Positions 31,068 through 45,384 of a stretch of DNA of 47,282 bases are shown here, one piece after another (the stretch's first letter is position 1; each line of letters starts with the position of its first letter). The translations under genes and the position numbers were made by a program. Source of the DNA: Gemmatimonadota bacterium. Its GTDB lineage: Bacteria > Gemmatimonadota > Gemmatimonadetes > Gemmatimonadales > GWC2-71-9. Where the stretch lies: positions 1 through 47,282 of the forward strand of contig JAWXBX010000195.1 in assembly GCA_034440415.1 (NCBI GenBank), read 5' to 3'. Below the pieces are notes generated by a model. That model saw nothing but the letters and a program-made list of their open reading frames with translations. It did not search any database and was not told where the DNA came from.

Positions 31068-31436
31068 ATGCCCCCAGCCCCACTCACGCGCCTCCGGAAG
31101 CTGTGTCTCAGCCTGCCGGAGGCGCATGAGGTGGAGGCTTGGGAAGCTCCCACCTTCCGGGTGCGCAACAAGATGTTCGCGATGTACGCCGCGGCTGGCA
31201 ATCATCATGGCGACGGGCGCGCGGCGGTCTGGTTGAAGGCCGCCCCGGGCAACCAGGGGTTGATGATCCGGGCGGCACCGCACCGGTTTTTCGTGCCTGC
31301 GTATGTCGGCCCGAGCGGCTGGGTCGGTGTTTGGCTCGATGACAAGCCCGACTGGCGGGAGCTGGGCGAGCTCCTGACCGATGGGTATCGCCTGGTCGCC
31401 TCCAGGCGACTGCTGCTCCAGATGGGCCAGGGGTAG
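31068..31436 (+). CDS. MmcQ/YjbR family protein (mirror copy)
   Basis: Mirror of 15847-16215. Confidence 0.85.
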   Translation: MPPAPLTRLRKLCLSLPEAHEVEAWEAPTFRVRNKMFAMYAAAGNHHGDGRAAVWLKAAPGNQGLMIRAAPHRFFVPAYVGPSGWVGVWLDDKPDWRELGELLTDGYRLVASRRLLLQMGQG

Positions 31437-31610
31437 AAGTCCGGTCCGGTGAGACCGTGGGCGTTGATACCGCCTCGGAGTGTCGAGCCTGCCCCGCCAC
31501 CGCCCAACGACCTGTGAGCCAAATCACACCTTAACAACCGGAGGGAGGTGTCGTCTGTGGCGGTGAAGCTGGCCGACCCCTCGTGACACAACTCAAGAAG
31601 GAGCTTTCCC

Positions 31611-32528
31611 ATGTTGACTCGCCTCCGCCCGCTGGGCGCCGCAACCGGCCTGGCGCTGACCCTGGTGCTCGCCGGCTGCAGCGACAGCAACAGCCCCTCC
31701 GCCAGCAGCAACCTGATGACATCCACAGAAGCCCAGTCCCTGGCCGACGATGCGGCCGATGACTTCACCGGGCTGGCCGACGCCTCCGCCTTTGATGCCC
31801 TGTCCGGCTTGAGCCTCAGCACCGCCTCCGTTGGTGGTGTCTCGGTCAATTCGCCGCCCCAGTCCCCCTGCGTCACCATCAGTCCCGCGGCGCCGATCAG
31901 CTCCGATGCCGACATCGTGCCCGACTCGGTACGGTTCGACTATGCCGACTGCGTCTTCACCCGGGCCAACGGCAACATCATCGACTCGCTCAGCGGGACG
32001 ATCGATTTCCTCGATGCCCAGCCGACAGTTGCCAGCCTTGGTGTGCGCCACGTCTTCACCAACTTCGGCCGCAGCCGCACCAACGTGCCCTTTCCGGCCC
32101 GGAGCTTCGGTGCGGTGGACAACGGCACCCGCGAGTGGGGCGCGAGCAGTGACACGCTGGGCCATACCCTCACCAACTTCGTGACCGTCCGGACCCACCC
32201 GCTGGGCCGCTCGACCACGCATACCCGCGACTGGGTGGGTCACTTCACCGCGGATCTTGCCGGGTCCATCGTGCTGGGCTTCCCGCTGCCCGCCGGCAAT
32301 TGGGCCGTCAACGGGACCGGCACCTGGGCGCGGGGCAACCGTTCCTGGTCGGTGGTGACCAGCACCATCACCCCGATGCACTACAATCCCGCCTGCACCG
32401 TCGAGCCGAGGATTGATGCCGGTCAGGTGATGCTGATGGTGACCCGGAATGGCGTGGAGTCGACTGTGGATGTGCTGTTCACCGCCTGCGGCGCCTTTAC
32501 GGTCGTGCGGACAGCTGGGCCGGTCTGA
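31611..32528 (+). CDS. Hypothetical lipoprotein (mirror copy)
   Basis: Mirror of 14755-15672. Confidence 0.75.
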   Translation: MLTRLRPLGAATGLALTLVLAGCSDSNSPSASSNLMTSTEAQSLADDAADDFTGLADASAFDALSGLSLSTASVGGVSVNSPPQSPCVTISPAAPISSDADIVPDSVRFDYADCVFTRANGNIIDSLSGTIDFLDAQPTVASLGVRHVFTNFGRSRTNVPFPARSFGAVDNGTREWGASSDTLGHTLTNFVTVRTHPLGRSTTHTRDWVGHFTADLAGSIVLGFPLPAGNWAVNGTGTWARGNRSWSVVTSTITPMHYNPACTVEPRIDAGQVMLMVTRNGVESTVDVLFTACGAFTVVRTAGPV

Positions 32529-32599
32529 TCCACGAACGGCTAGGCAGAACGGCGCGGACATCCTGAGGATGCCCGCGCCGTTTCCTTTCCTGCCCGGCC

Positions 32600-32977
32600 T
32601 CACTCGGCGGCGGCAGTTTCCTTCCGGGTGCAGCGGACCAGGCCCCGCCCGTGCTTCTCCACCCAGCTGCACAGTCCCGCCAGCGGTTCATTGAGTCTCC
32701 GGCCCAGTGGGGTCAGGGCGTAATCCACATGAGGCGGGATGACGGGGTAGACCGTGCGCTCCACGATGCCATGCTATTCCAGGCGCCGGAGACACTGGGT
32801 CAGCATCTTCTGCGACACCGTACCCAGCTAGCGGTGCAGCTCGCCGAACCGCCGCGTGCCGCGTGCCAGCACATGGATGACGGGGATCGTCCACTTGTCC
32901 GCCAGCAGGCCCAGCAGCAACTGGCTGCCGGGGATGCCGGCGAACGGCCGGGCTTTTGCCCCTTTCACGGGAGCCAT
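32600..32977 (-). pseudogene. HxlR regulator with two in-frame TAG codons (mirror copy)
   Basis: Mirror of 14306-14683. Confidence 0.8.
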
Positions 32978-33094
32978 GGGCACTCCGAGGTAAGTATGGC
33001 ACTGACCGGTATCTACTTGCCGGCAGGAGTGTACAGCATCTACAGTCGTGGGTCCGCTGTCCAGACCACCCGTTGCTGACATTCCGGAGCACCC

Positions 33095-33835
33095 ATGAGC
33101 GCCACGATCAATACTGCGACCGCTGCGCCGAAGCGCATCCTGATGGTCGCCGCCAATCCCGCCGTCTCCACCACGCTCGGCTGGCCCGTCGGATTCTGGG
33201 CCTCCGAGCTGATCCATCCCTGGGTGACGTTCACCGCGACCGGGTACAGTGTCACGCTGGCCAGTCCCAAGGGGGGCCGCATCGAGCTGGACGGCTACAG
33301 CGATCCGCGCGACGCCAGCGGCTACTCCGCGGACGATCTGCTGAGCCTGGGCTTTCTCGCCTCTCCGACCCACGCCGCACTGCTGGCTGACACCCGCCGC
33401 GTCGCCGACTGTCGCGTCGAGGACTATGATGCCGTGGTCGTGTGTGGCGGCCAGTCGCCGATGTTCACCTTTCCCACCGAGCCGGCGCTTCACGCGCTGC
33501 TGGCGGGTTTCTACACCGCCGGCAAGGTGACCGCGGCACTCTGTCACGGCGTGGCGGCACTGCTCTACGTGAAGCTGGCGGATGGCACGCCGCTGATCCG
33601 GGGACGGACCATCACCGGCTTCGCCAACAGCGAGGAGGACCTGGCCGACGCGATGGTGGGGCAGAAGGTCATGCCCTTCCGGATCGAGGATGCGGCCAAG
33701 AAGCTGGGTGTCAACTTTATCACCGCGCCGGCTTGGCGTGAGTTTGCCTTTCGCGACGGCCGCCTGGTGACGGGGCAGCAGCAGTACTCGGGTGCCGCCG
33801 TGGCCCGGCTGGTCATCGAGGCGCTGGGGGTGTAG
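33095..33835 (+). CDS. DJ-1/PfpI protein (mirror copy)
   Basis: Mirror of 13448-14188. Confidence 0.85.
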   Translation: MSATINTATAAPKRILMVAANPAVSTTLGWPVGFWASELIHPWVTFTATGYSVTLASPKGGRIELDGYSDPRDASGYSADDLLSLGFLASPTHAALLADTRRVADCRVEDYDAVVVCGGQSPMFTFPTEPALHALLAGFYTAGKVTAALCHGVAALLYVKLADGTPLIRGRTITGFANSEEDLADAMVGQKVMPFRIEDAAKKLGVNFITAPAWREFAFRDGRLVTGQQQYSGAAVARLVIEALGV

Positions 33836-33893
33836 CAGGTGGCAGGTAGCAGGTAGCAGGTAGCAGGTGGCAGGTGGCAGGTAGCAGGTGGCA
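33833..33893. repeat. Heptamer tandem repeat (mirror copy)
   Basis: Mirror of 13390-13450. Confidence 0.85.
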
Positions 33894-33946
33894 GCTGACG
33901 GCTGCATCAGCAGCGATCTCTTCTCACACTCGCTGGAGCAGCCGCG

Positions 33947-34566
33947 ATGCGCATCACCATTATCGGGGCGGGGTCGGTTGGCGGCAATCTCGGCCGCGGG
34001 TTTGCCGGCAGGGTCACACCTGCTTCGGGGCGCGGGAGCCCGGGAGCGCCAAGCTTGCCGCTCTGCTCACGGAAACCGGGGCGACAGCGCTGCCGGTTGC
34101 CCAGGCGGTGCAGGGCGCCGAAGTCGTAGTGCTGGCGACACCATGGGATGTCACGTTGGCCACGGTGCACGGACTGGAGCTGCGGGGAAAGGTGGTGGTC
34201 GACGCGACCAATCCGCTGCTGCCAAATCTTGCCGGCCTCGCCGTGGGGAGTGAGACCTCCGGGGCGGAGGAGATCCAGCGCGCCGCGCCCGGCGCCCTTG
34301 TGGTCAAGTGCTTCAATACCACGGGAGCCAACAACTACCTCACCCCGGCCTACCCGGACGGTGCCGCCATGATGCCGTACTGCGGCGACGATGCTCCGGG
34401 CAAGGCGGTGGTTCGCCAGCTGGGGGAGGGGCTGGGGTTCGACATGGTCGACCTGGGCCCGCTCTCCCGGGCCCGGCAGCTCGAATCGCTGGCGCTCTTC
34501 TGGATCACGCTGGCCTATCCCCAGGGGTTGGGGCGGGACTTCGCCCTGCGGCTGATGCGGCGGTAG
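33947..34566 (+). pseudogene. NADP oxidoreductase, frameshifted (mirror copy)
   Basis: Mirror of 12717-13336. Confidence 0.8.
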
Positions 34567-34708
34567 CAGGACGAGCTGCCCAACAGTGTGATAAGCAGGG
34601 CCCTGCAGGTTGGCGGCAAGGATACCCCTTGTCGCCACTCAAATAGGCGGCTCGAAACCGGCCCCCGCCGATATCCGTCGGAGGCGCATCCCCATCCGGA
34701 GCCTCCTG

Positions 34709-35155
34709 ATGCGCGCCGCCCTTCCGTTGCTCACGACGTTCATCCTGTTGCTTCCCGTCGCTCCCGCCGCTGCCCAGTCAGCCGCGGACAGCGCCGCGAT
34801 CCGAGTCACGGCGCTCAACTATGTGGAGGGCTGGTACGAAGGGAACGCTCAACGGATGACGCGGGCCCTGCACCCGGAACTGGTCAAGCGAATCGTCCAC
34901 ACCGATAGCGCCGGCCATTCGCGGCTGGAACAGATGGATGCCGCGCGACTGATCAAGGGGGCGGAAGCGGGCTACGGCAAGCAGACCCCGAAGGCCCAGC
35001 AGCAGAAGGATGTGGTGATCCTCGACATCTACGGCAACGTGGCCAGCGTGCGGGCGACAATGGCAGGCTGGATCGATTGCAAGCAGATGGCGCGCTGGAA
35101 CGGGGAGTGGCGTATCGTCAATGTGCTGTGGGAGTTGAAGCCGCGGAGTCCGTGA
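34709..35155 (+). CDS. NTF2-like lumazine-binding protein (mirror copy)
   Basis: Mirror of 12128-12574. Confidence 0.8.
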   Translation: MRAALPLLTTFILLLPVAPAAAQSAADSAAIRVTALNYVEGWYEGNAQRMTRALHPELVKRIVHTDSAGHSRLEQMDAARLIKGAEAGYGKQTPKAQQQKDVVILDIYGNVASVRATMAGWIDCKQMARWNGEWRIVNVLWELKPRSP

Positions 35156-35198
35156 TCGTCCCGCCGCCCGGTGGATCGTTTCCTTGAAAGGTCTCTTG

Positions 35199-35699
35199 AT
35201 GTCAGATTCCCGTAGCACGTTCCAGCACATTGCCGCTTCGTGGCTGTCGCTGAAACCGTGGGTGAAGTGCTGGCTCTTCTTTCTGAACGCCGTCTTCCTC
35301 GCCGCGTTCGCATTTGCGGCGGACCCCGCGGCCCGATGGATTCTGCTCGCCTACGCTGCTTCCGGCCCCTTGCTCGCATGGCTCATGGTCAGACAGCGCG
35401 GGCTTACACGGCTCCTGGGCGTTGCACACCTGGTGCCCTGGGCCCCTTTGCTGGTCTATATCGCCCTCCGGCTATCCTCCGAACTCGTGGGGCCAGCCGT
35501 CACGCTTGCCGTCGAGCCCTTCCTTGCCGGCTACCTGTACATCCTGCTGGCCTGCCTGACCGTTTGTCTCGCGCTGGATGCGTGGGATGTGGTGCGCTAT
35601 CTCAGAGGCGAGCGCTACGTTCTCGGGTCGCCGGAGGCGGTCCGCCGCGGCGCGTCGCGCCCCGGCCCGACACGCCTGCCGTGTGAAGGCGCGCACTGA
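35199..35699 (+). CDS. Hypothetical membrane protein (mirror copy)
   Basis: Mirror of 11584-12084. Confidence 0.65.
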   Translation: MSDSRSTFQHIAASWLSLKPWVKCWLFFLNAVFLAAFAFAADPAARWILLAYAASGPLLAWLMVRQRGLTRLLGVAHLVPWAPLLVYIALRLSSELVGPAVTLAVEPFLAGYLYILLACLTVCLALDAWDVVRYLRGERYVLGSPEAVRRGASRPGPTRLPCEGAH

Positions 35700-35774
35700 C
35701 CACGCATGCGCCACGCAGGTGATGCGGGGGCAGTCGCCTGATCTGGCGGATCTCCATCGGCCAGCCAGTTGCGA

Positions 35775-36971
35775 CTACCTCCCGCCTGCCCGCAACGATT
35801 CGGCGTACTTCCACAGCGCATCAAAGATGACGGAAGCCGCACGTTGATCGGGCCCGCTGACCGAGGTGTTCATGAAAAGGATGACGCCGACCTCTCTGGC
35901 GAGATCCGAGAGCATCTCCGTCTGCAGCCCCGGATCGTTGCCGCCATGGCCGACCCGCGTGCCACTGAACTTCGTCCGCCAGAAGAGGCCTGAGTTCCCT
36001 TCCTGGGCTGGGAAATTCTCCGGCCGATTCGCATCGGTGAACTGGAAGCGCTGCATCTCCGCCGCCATTCTGGCGTCCAGGATGCGCGTCCCCTGATACT
36101 CTCCCCCATTCAGCAGGGCGATGAAGAACCTGGAGAGATCCGCGACCGAGGTGCGGACTCCTCCGTCGGGGTAGGTCGTGCCGCCGTAGAGCGGGATGGG
36201 AATGATGTGGCCATTCTGCGAGACGAAGAGCGTGGAGTGGTTCGCGAGATCGATCTCGGACAGGAACCACCCGGTGCGCGTCATCCGCAACGGCGCAAAG
36301 ATGTGCTTGCGCGTGTAGGCGTTGAGGGGTTCACCGAAGGCGCGCTCGACGATATAACCTGCGAGACCTGCCCCGATGTTGGAGTAGTCGCGTTGCGTCT
36401 CCGGCCTGGCGTTCAGGAAGTTCTCGCGCGAGTAATTCTTGCCGTCAGGTGCGAAGTACTGCTCGAGGAACTGACCGAGGGGCACGGGTGAGTCGCCACC
36501 GTAGTGGTAGGTCCCCGAGTAGACTTCCCACCGGTCCGTAATCCCGGAGGTGTGCGTCGCGAGGTGCCGAAGTGTGATTTTCTCGCCCGGGTGGTGCGGG
36601 TTCACTACCCGGAACGGCAGGTAGGTGTTGATGTCCTCGTCGAGCGAGAGCTTCCCCTCATGGACCGCGCGCATCATTGCCACGCCGGTGAAGGGCTTGG
36701 CGATCGAGCCGACGTTCATGATCGTGTGCGGGGTGAACGGCCGCGTGCGCGGCTGATCGGCGAAGCCATACCCCTGCATCCACACGACCTGACGGTTGAT
36801 GATCACGGCGGCACCGAGCCCCATGATGCCCGCATCAGCCATCTACTGCGTGATCAGACTGTCGAGGGGCGCATTTGTCGGGAATACCGGCGATTGCGCC
36901 TGGAGCGCCACCGAGAATGCGCCGGAGAGAGCCAATCCCGCGGCTGCTCTGAACATGGTCGCAAAGCGCAT
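35775..36971 (-). pseudogene. Serine hydrolase with in-frame TAG (mirror copy)
   Basis: Mirror of 10312-11508. Confidence 0.75.
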
Positions 36972-37244
36972 GTGACGCCTTTCCAATAGTCGGTGAGGCC
37001 GAGCGCTCGCCCCATCGCCCAGTCCGCACGGAACCACCATCCATTCCAAGAACGGATCGTCAAACGCTGGACGGTCTCAGCACCGGGACGGCTGCGCGCG
37101 TCGCAGGGTTTCATCCCAATCCCAGAAGAGGCGAGCTAGAACGCAGCCATTGACTTGCAACGATTGAAACATCCCGACGAGACATCTATTGCGTGATCCG
37201 GCCCCGGACGTTACCGTCGTATTGGATTCCCATAGGACGGAACG

Positions 37245-37585
37245 ATGGCGGAAAAGCTGGACGTGCAGCAGGGCACCCTTGCCCTGATGATTCTCAAGAC
37301 CCTCGAGGTCCTCGGGCCGCTGCATGGCTACGGCGTCTGTCGCCGCATCGAGGAAACGAGCAAGCATCGCCTCACACTCAACTATGGCACGCTGTACCCC
37401 GCGCTCCTCAAGCTCGAACAGGAAGGTTTTGTCACCGCCGCGTGGGGCCAGTCCGAGAACAATCGCCGCGCCAAGTACTACACGCTCACTGCCGCGGGGC
37501 GCCGGCAACTGGCGCGCGAAGCCCGGGAATGGCATCGCACCGCCGATCTCATCGCCGCCTTTCTCGCACCGCGACGGGAGGCGCC

Positions 37586-37589
<4 letters not shown>
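37245..37589 (+). CDS. PadR regulator (mirror copy)
   Basis: Mirror of 9694-10038. Confidence 0.88.
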
Positions 37590-40267
<2,678 letters not shown>

Positions 40268-40274
40268 CACGACC

Positions 40275-40559
40275 ATGGCCAGGATAGCCGGTGGTTGCAA
40301 CCTGGTCACTTTCCTGACCGGATCATTGGCCCTCTTCATTCTCCGTTCCACCTTCCTGCCACGAACCCTGGGTGTGCTGTTGGCGTTCGGCGGCCTGGGC
40401 TGGTTGACCTTTCTGTCAGCGTCGTTTGCCAGCGACCTGTTCCCCTACAACCTGTTTCCCGGGATTGTCGGACAAGGATGCCTGACCCTCCGGCTCCTGC
40501 TGAGGGGAGTGAACGAGCAACGATGGAAGGAGCAGGCGAGCCTGGCAGGGAGCGCATGA
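40275..40559 (+). pseudogene. Internally deleted DUF4386 (mirror copy)
   Basis: Mirror of 6724-7008. Confidence 0.65.
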
Positions 40560-40587
40560 GCAGCCCGCCGGTCTTCCCGGAGCACCC

Positions 40588-41262
40588 ATGACTCGCACCA
40601 CGAACGCCAGAATCGCCGGCGTCACCTACCTTTTCTACATCGCGGTCGGCCTCACCAGCATGGTGCTGTCCGGTCGCGCGTCCGGTGGAGCCGGGATCGC
40701 GGAAAAGCTCGCGAGCATCGGCCAGCACACGACAGCCATGGGCGTGGTCACTCTGTCCGGGCTGCTGCAGTCCGTTGCGGCGCTGGTGCTGGCCGTGACG
40801 ACCTATGCGCTCACCCGCGAGGAGGACCCCGATCTTGCCATGCTGGGCCTGACCTGCCGGGTCGGCGAGGGGCTCATCGGCATAGGCATCCCGACATCCC
40901 TGGGACTGGTCTGGCTCGCGACAGCCACCGGTGCGGATGCCCCCGACACAGCGGCGGCGCATGCGCTCGGCGCGTTCCTGCGCGAGGTGGGAGGATGGAC
41001 CTCGCTCACCAGCGCGACCTTCTTCGCCGTGGGCAGCACGCTCTTCTCCTTCCTGTTTCTCCGGGGTCGGCTGATCCCCATCTCACTCGCCTGGCTCGGC
41101 GTAATCGCTTCCGGCCTGCTCGTGGCGTGCCTTCCCCTCCGGCTCGCCGGATTCCTCGACGGCCCGGTCACCCTGTTCATGTGGCTGCCGATGCTGGTGT
41201 ACGAGGTGACGCTGGCGATCTGGCTGCTCATCAAGGGCGTCGCCGCGCCGGCACCACGATAG
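40588..41262 (+). CDS. DUF4386 protein (mirror copy)
   Basis: Mirror of 6021-6695. Confidence 0.75.
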   Translation: MTRTTNARIAGVTYLFYIAVGLTSMVLSGRASGGAGIAEKLASIGQHTTAMGVVTLSGLLQSVAALVLAVTTYALTREEDPDLAMLGLTCRVGEGLIGIGIPTSLGLVWLATATGADAPDTAAAHALGAFLREVGGWTSLTSATFFAVGSTLFSFLFLRGRLIPISLAWLGVIASGLLVACLPLRLAGFLDGPVTLFMWLPMLVYEVTLAIWLLIKGVAAPAPR

Positions 41263-41485
41263 GCGGAACAGACGCACAGTCCTGCTGCGCGTCTCCCGCG
41301 AGGACTGGGGCAGCGAAGCCATCCGATCCTTTCGGGCAACGCGGCATCCTTCGACCGGCCGCCGACAGCTTCACCGGCTCAAGCGGACGGGTCGCCGGAC
41401 CCAAACACCGTGGCCCCATGATTCCCGAGGGTTGTGATCCTCCCGTAGACTGACGTCAGAGTGGCACGAACAAGAAGGAGCGGTC

Positions 41486-42229
41486 ATGAGCACAGCTGTC
41501 GTGCCGGAACGGATTGGAGAAACGTCGCCGCGGGCTAAAGCCAGGATCGCCGGTGTCTTCTATCTGCTCACCATTGCCATGGGAGTGGTCGCCCAGGGCG
41601 TTGTGAGCGAGAGGCTCGTTGTATCCGGCGACGCCGCAGCTACGGCGACCAACATCCTGGCGCATGAGGCGCTCTTTCGGCTTGGCTTCGCGGTCTACCT
41701 CATCGAAATGGCGTGCCAGGTCACGATGACGGCGCTCTTCTACGACCTGCTCAAGCCGGTGAGCCGGAGTGGCTCCATGCTGGCGGCGATCTTCGGCCTC
41801 ATCGGCTGCACCATCAAGATCCTCAGTCGCCTCTTCTTCTTCGCTCCCTTGCTCGTCCTGGGAGGGGCGCACTACCTGACTGTATTCGACACGCAGCAAT
41901 TGCAGGCGCTGGCACTCCTCTTCCTCCACATCAACCACCAGGCCGAGACAATCGCCGTGGTGTTCTTCGGTCTCTATGCCCTCGTGAAGGGCTATCTGGT
42001 GTTCAAGTCCACCTTCCTGCCTCGAATCCTGGGTGTGTTCGAGGTTGTCGGAGGGTTGGGCTGGCTGACCTATCTGTACGAGCCGCTCGCAGCTCGTCTC
42101 CTCCCCTACATCCTGGCTGCCGCTGCTGTCGGGGCAGCATCGCTGGTCCTGTGGCTCCTCGTGTTCGGGGTGAACGAACAACGATGGAAGGAGCAGGCCG
42201 ACGCAGCAGCGGCGTCCATCTGGCGATGA
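41486..42229 (+). CDS. DUF4386 protein (mirror copy)
   Basis: Mirror of 5054-5797. Confidence 0.8.
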   Translation: MSTAVVPERIGETSPRAKARIAGVFYLLTIAMGVVAQGVVSERLVVSGDAAATATNILAHEALFRLGFAVYLIEMACQVTMTALFYDLLKPVSRSGSMLAAIFGLIGCTIKILSRLFFFAPLLVLGGAHYLTVFDTQQLQALALLFLHINHQAETIAVVFFGLYALVKGYLVFKSTFLPRILGVFEVVGGLGWLTYLYEPLAARLLPYILAAAAVGAASLVLWLLVFGVNEQRWKEQADAAAASIWR

Positions 42230-42242
42230 ACGCCCGCCCGCT

Positions 42243-42703
42243 CCAGCGATGCTTGCCCCTTGCTTGGGGAGTTCAAATTGACCGTCCTGGTTTGCGATCC
42301 CTGAAGGGTTCGGAAGACGCTGCATCGCGGACGGTGTTTGTGGGTGACGGATTGCCTGGAGGGAGCGACCCTCTCCGGTGCTATGTCGTCTGACTGGCTG
42401 AGGCGCGATTCCCTGCGGCAGGGGACGAGAGGCACGGCCTGGGACATGGCCCTCGATGTGCGCGAGTTCGATATTCGCCTGGACGAGATCTGCATACCGC
42501 TGCGGCTGTTCTACGGCGAGCGGGACATCACTGCGCCAACAGCGCGGGTACGGAGGGTCGTTGCCGTCCTGCCGACTGCCCGCCTCACCACCTATGAGCA
42601 TGGGGCCCACCGGTCGACGCTCTGCAACCGTTGTGAGGAGATCGCGCACGTGCTGGCAGGGGAGCCGCTGGCAGGGGAAAAGGCCGGTCTGCGGATCGTA
42701 TGA
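42243..42703 (+). pseudogene. Alpha/beta hydrolase remnant (mirror copy)
   Basis: Mirror of 4580-5040. Confidence 0.55.
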
Positions 42704-42945
42704 ACCGTCGGCCGCTGGCGGCTTGGCAGCCAACAGGCGGCCACGCCCCGCTATCGGGGTCCTGTGGCCCGATGGGCCCGACCCCGCGCTCCGGGCCCAT
42801 CCAGCCTGGCGACGCCGGATACCCCTTGGCCGGGTCAGGGGCCGCCAAGCCAGGCACCGGAGGCTCGGGGCTGCGCCCGGTCGCCCTCCTGCTATATTCC
42901 CGCCCGTCAGAAAGCAGTCCCCTGGTCCCCAATTCCGGAGTGTTC

Positions 42946-43641
42946 ATGCGTACGATGGTCATCGCGGCCCTGGCTGGCGCCCTGCTGGGCTGCGGTCAGG
43001 CGGGCGCGGGCGGTGGAAGCAGCAAGCTCGCCACCCAGGACGACAGCGTCAGCTACATCCTGGGCTACAAGATGGGCGAAAATCTGAAGCAGCAGTCCGT
43101 GCCGGTGAAGCCGGAAGTGATCTTCCAGGGTCTCCGTCAGGCGATGGCCGGCAGCCCGGCGACGATGCCGGACTCGGTGATGCAGGCGACGATGATGGGC
43201 TTCCAGGTGCGGATGATGGGTATCCAGCACCAGAAGGATTCCATCGCCTCAATCGACAACAAGCGCGAGGCCGACAAGTTCCTCGCCGACAACAAGGGCA
43301 AGGACGGCGTGAAGACCACTGCGAGCGGCTTGCAGTACAAGGTGCTGAAGGAAGGCACCGGGGCCCACCCCAAGGCGACGAGCATTGTCACGGTGCACTA
43401 CGTCGGCACCCTGCTCGACGGCACGGAGTTCGACAGCTCGGTGCGGCGCGGCCAGCCGTACACCACACCGCTGAATCAGGTCGTCAGCGGCTGGACCGAG
43501 GGGATACAGCTCATGACCAAGGGCGCCAAGTACCAGTTCTGGATTCCCGGTGACCTGGGCTATGGCCCGCAGGGTTCGCCGCCGCGTATCCCGCCGAATG
43601 CCACGCTGGTGTTCGAGGTGGAGTTACTGGATTTCAAGTAG
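42946..43641 (+). CDS. FKBP-type PPIase (mirror copy)
   Basis: Mirror of 3642-4337. Confidence 0.9.
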   Translation: MRTMVIAALAGALLGCGQAGAGGGSSKLATQDDSVSYILGYKMGENLKQQSVPVKPEVIFQGLRQAMAGSPATMPDSVMQATMMGFQVRMMGIQHQKDSIASIDNKREADKFLADNKGKDGVKTTASGLQYKVLKEGTGAHPKATSIVTVHYVGTLLDGTEFDSSVRRGQPYTTPLNQVVSGWTEGIQLMTKGAKYQFWIPGDLGYGPQGSPPRIPPNATLVFEVELLDFK

Positions 43642-43762
43642 GGAGCAGGTGGCAGGGAGCAGGTGGCAGGGAGAGGGCGGCAAGTGGGTCGCGGATCACG
43701 CGATCTACTTGCCATCTTTTTTCTGCCCTGCCACCTGCCACCTGTCCTCTGCCACCTCTTGC

Positions 43763-44230
43763 TTACCTCCCGCGCTTCAGGTCGAGCTCCATACACACAT
43801 CCGCCCGCGCATACCCCGTGCTGGGCGGCAGCGGCCCATGCCGGAAGCCGAGCCGTTCGTAGAGTCGGATTGCGCCGGCGAGACTGCTGTTGGTCAGCAG
43901 GAACACGCTCTGTGCGTCCGCCTCACGCGCGAACTGAACCACCGCTTCACCGAGCAGTCGCCCGACTCCCTGTCCCTGGTGCGAGGGCCGCACCGCCATC
44001 TTGGCCAGTTCGAAACGGTCGGCTGACTCCCGCACCGCCGCGACGGTACCCACCGGTTCGGCACCATCCAGCGCGAAGAAGATCTGGCCGCCGGGCGCGA
44101 TGATGGATGCCACCGGGTTCTCCAGCGTCTTCAGGTCGGCGGGTTCCAGCCGGAAGAGCCGCTCAATCCATTCGCGATTGAGCCGGGTGAAGGCGGGGGC
44201 CAGGTCGGGGTGGAACGGGACGATGATCAC
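43763..44230 (-). CDS. GNAT acetyltransferase (mirror copy)
   Basis: Mirror of 3053-3520. Confidence 0.85.
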   Translation of the reverse strand: MIIVPFHPDLAPAFTRLNREWIERLFRLEPADLKTLENPVASIIAPGGQIFFALDGAEPVGTVAAVRESADRFELAKMAVRPSHQGQGVGRLLGEAVVQFAREADAQSVFLLTNSSLAGAIRLYERLGFRHGPLPPSTGYARADVCMELDLKRGR

Positions 44231-44359
44231 TGAGACGGAAATCCGGTTAGGGAAAAGCCATCAGCCGTCAGCCGTCAGCCGAGGGCGGTGGACCATTGGC
44301 CGTTGGTAAGAACCGAATACCTTCGCCTCGCCCAACCAACCACCCAACCGCCCAACCGC

Positions 44360-44878
44360 CTAGAGCCTCCCCCGCAACTGCTCACTGATCGTCGCGAGAT
44401 GATGGTCGTCATGTTCCGCGACGAAGATCGCCAGATCCACCAGCCGCATGCTGACCTCGAGCCGGGGATGGCGGGCGGAACGGAGCCAGTCGGCCTCGTC
44501 GGCGTCATCGAGCTGCCGGACGAGGAGGCGCCGCGCGGTCTCGAAGCCCGTGAGCAGATCACTCAACGGGCGATCGTTGTGGTGCGCCCCCCAGGTCCGC
44601 CGGTTCTCGAGATCCGCTTCCTGGAGTGTCAGGCGGCCAACGGCGATATCCTCGATGCGCGCGAGCCAGAGCGGCTCGAGATCCCAGAGGTGACCGACAT
44701 TCTCCTGGATGGACCACTGGTCGCCCCGACGCAGGGTGAGCTGGGCGGGCGCGAGATCCTTGAGGCGATCGACGAGACGCGCCGGTGTACCGCGCAGGCG
44801 CTCCACCAGGCCGGCGGCGGCGCTCACGGGGTAATCGAACGAGAACTTCCGTGCGAACCAGGGCTGACGGGGAACCAT
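44360..44878 (-). CDS. DinB family protein (mirror copy)
   Basis: Mirror of 2405-2923. Confidence 0.82.
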   Translation of the reverse strand: MVPRQPWFARKFSFDYPVSAAAGLVERLRGTPARLVDRLKDLAPAQLTLRRGDQWSIQENVGHLWDLEPLWLARIEDIAVGRLTLQEADLENRRTWGAHHNDRPLSDLLTGFETARRLLVRQLDDADEADWLRSARHPRLEVSMRLVDLAIFVAEHDDHHLATISEQLRGRL

Positions 44879-44895
44879 GTGATTCAGGGTGTGGG

Positions 44896-45381
44896 TTATT
44901 CGCGCACTTCGGGATAGTACCAGACCCGCCGCAACAGGCCGCCGCGCACTTCGTACACCGAAAGCGCGGCTTGGGAGCGGGGACCATTCGCTCCTGCCCA
45001 GCGGGCCCGCTCCCGGACCGACACCCACGGACCGAGTGCGCTGATCGCTTCGATGTCGGAGCGCGCCGTGGGGAGCCGGCGGAAGTAGTCGATCAGTCCG
45101 GAGCGAACCGCGTCGGCGCCGCGCAATTCGACGGTGATGGAATCTCCGGCCAGGTTGAGCCAGACGAACTCGGGGGCGATGTGCCGCAGCACCGCGTCGA
45201 CATCGTGGCTGTTGTAGGCGGCGAAGTAGCTGCGCACTACGATAAGCGACGCGGAGTCGGCGGCGGCGGCGGCGGGCGCAGCCTGGGCCTGGATCGTCGA
45301 GCGGGAAAGCAGGAGCAGGGCGAGCGCGAATCCAATTCCGCCCAGCGCCCACCGCCTATCGCCCCAGTTGCCCACTCCCAT
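44896..45381 (-). CDS. SnoaL-like protein (mirror copy)
   Basis: Mirror of 1902-2387. Confidence 0.75.
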   Translation of the reverse strand: MGVGNWGDRRWALGGIGFALALLLLSRSTIQAQAAPAAAAADSASLIVVRSYFAAYNSHDVDAVLRHIAPEFVWLNLAGDSITVELRGADAVRSGLIDYFRRLPTARSDIEAISALGPWVSVRERARWAGANGPRSQAALSVYEVRGGLLRRVWYYPEVRE

Positions 45382-45384
45382 CGC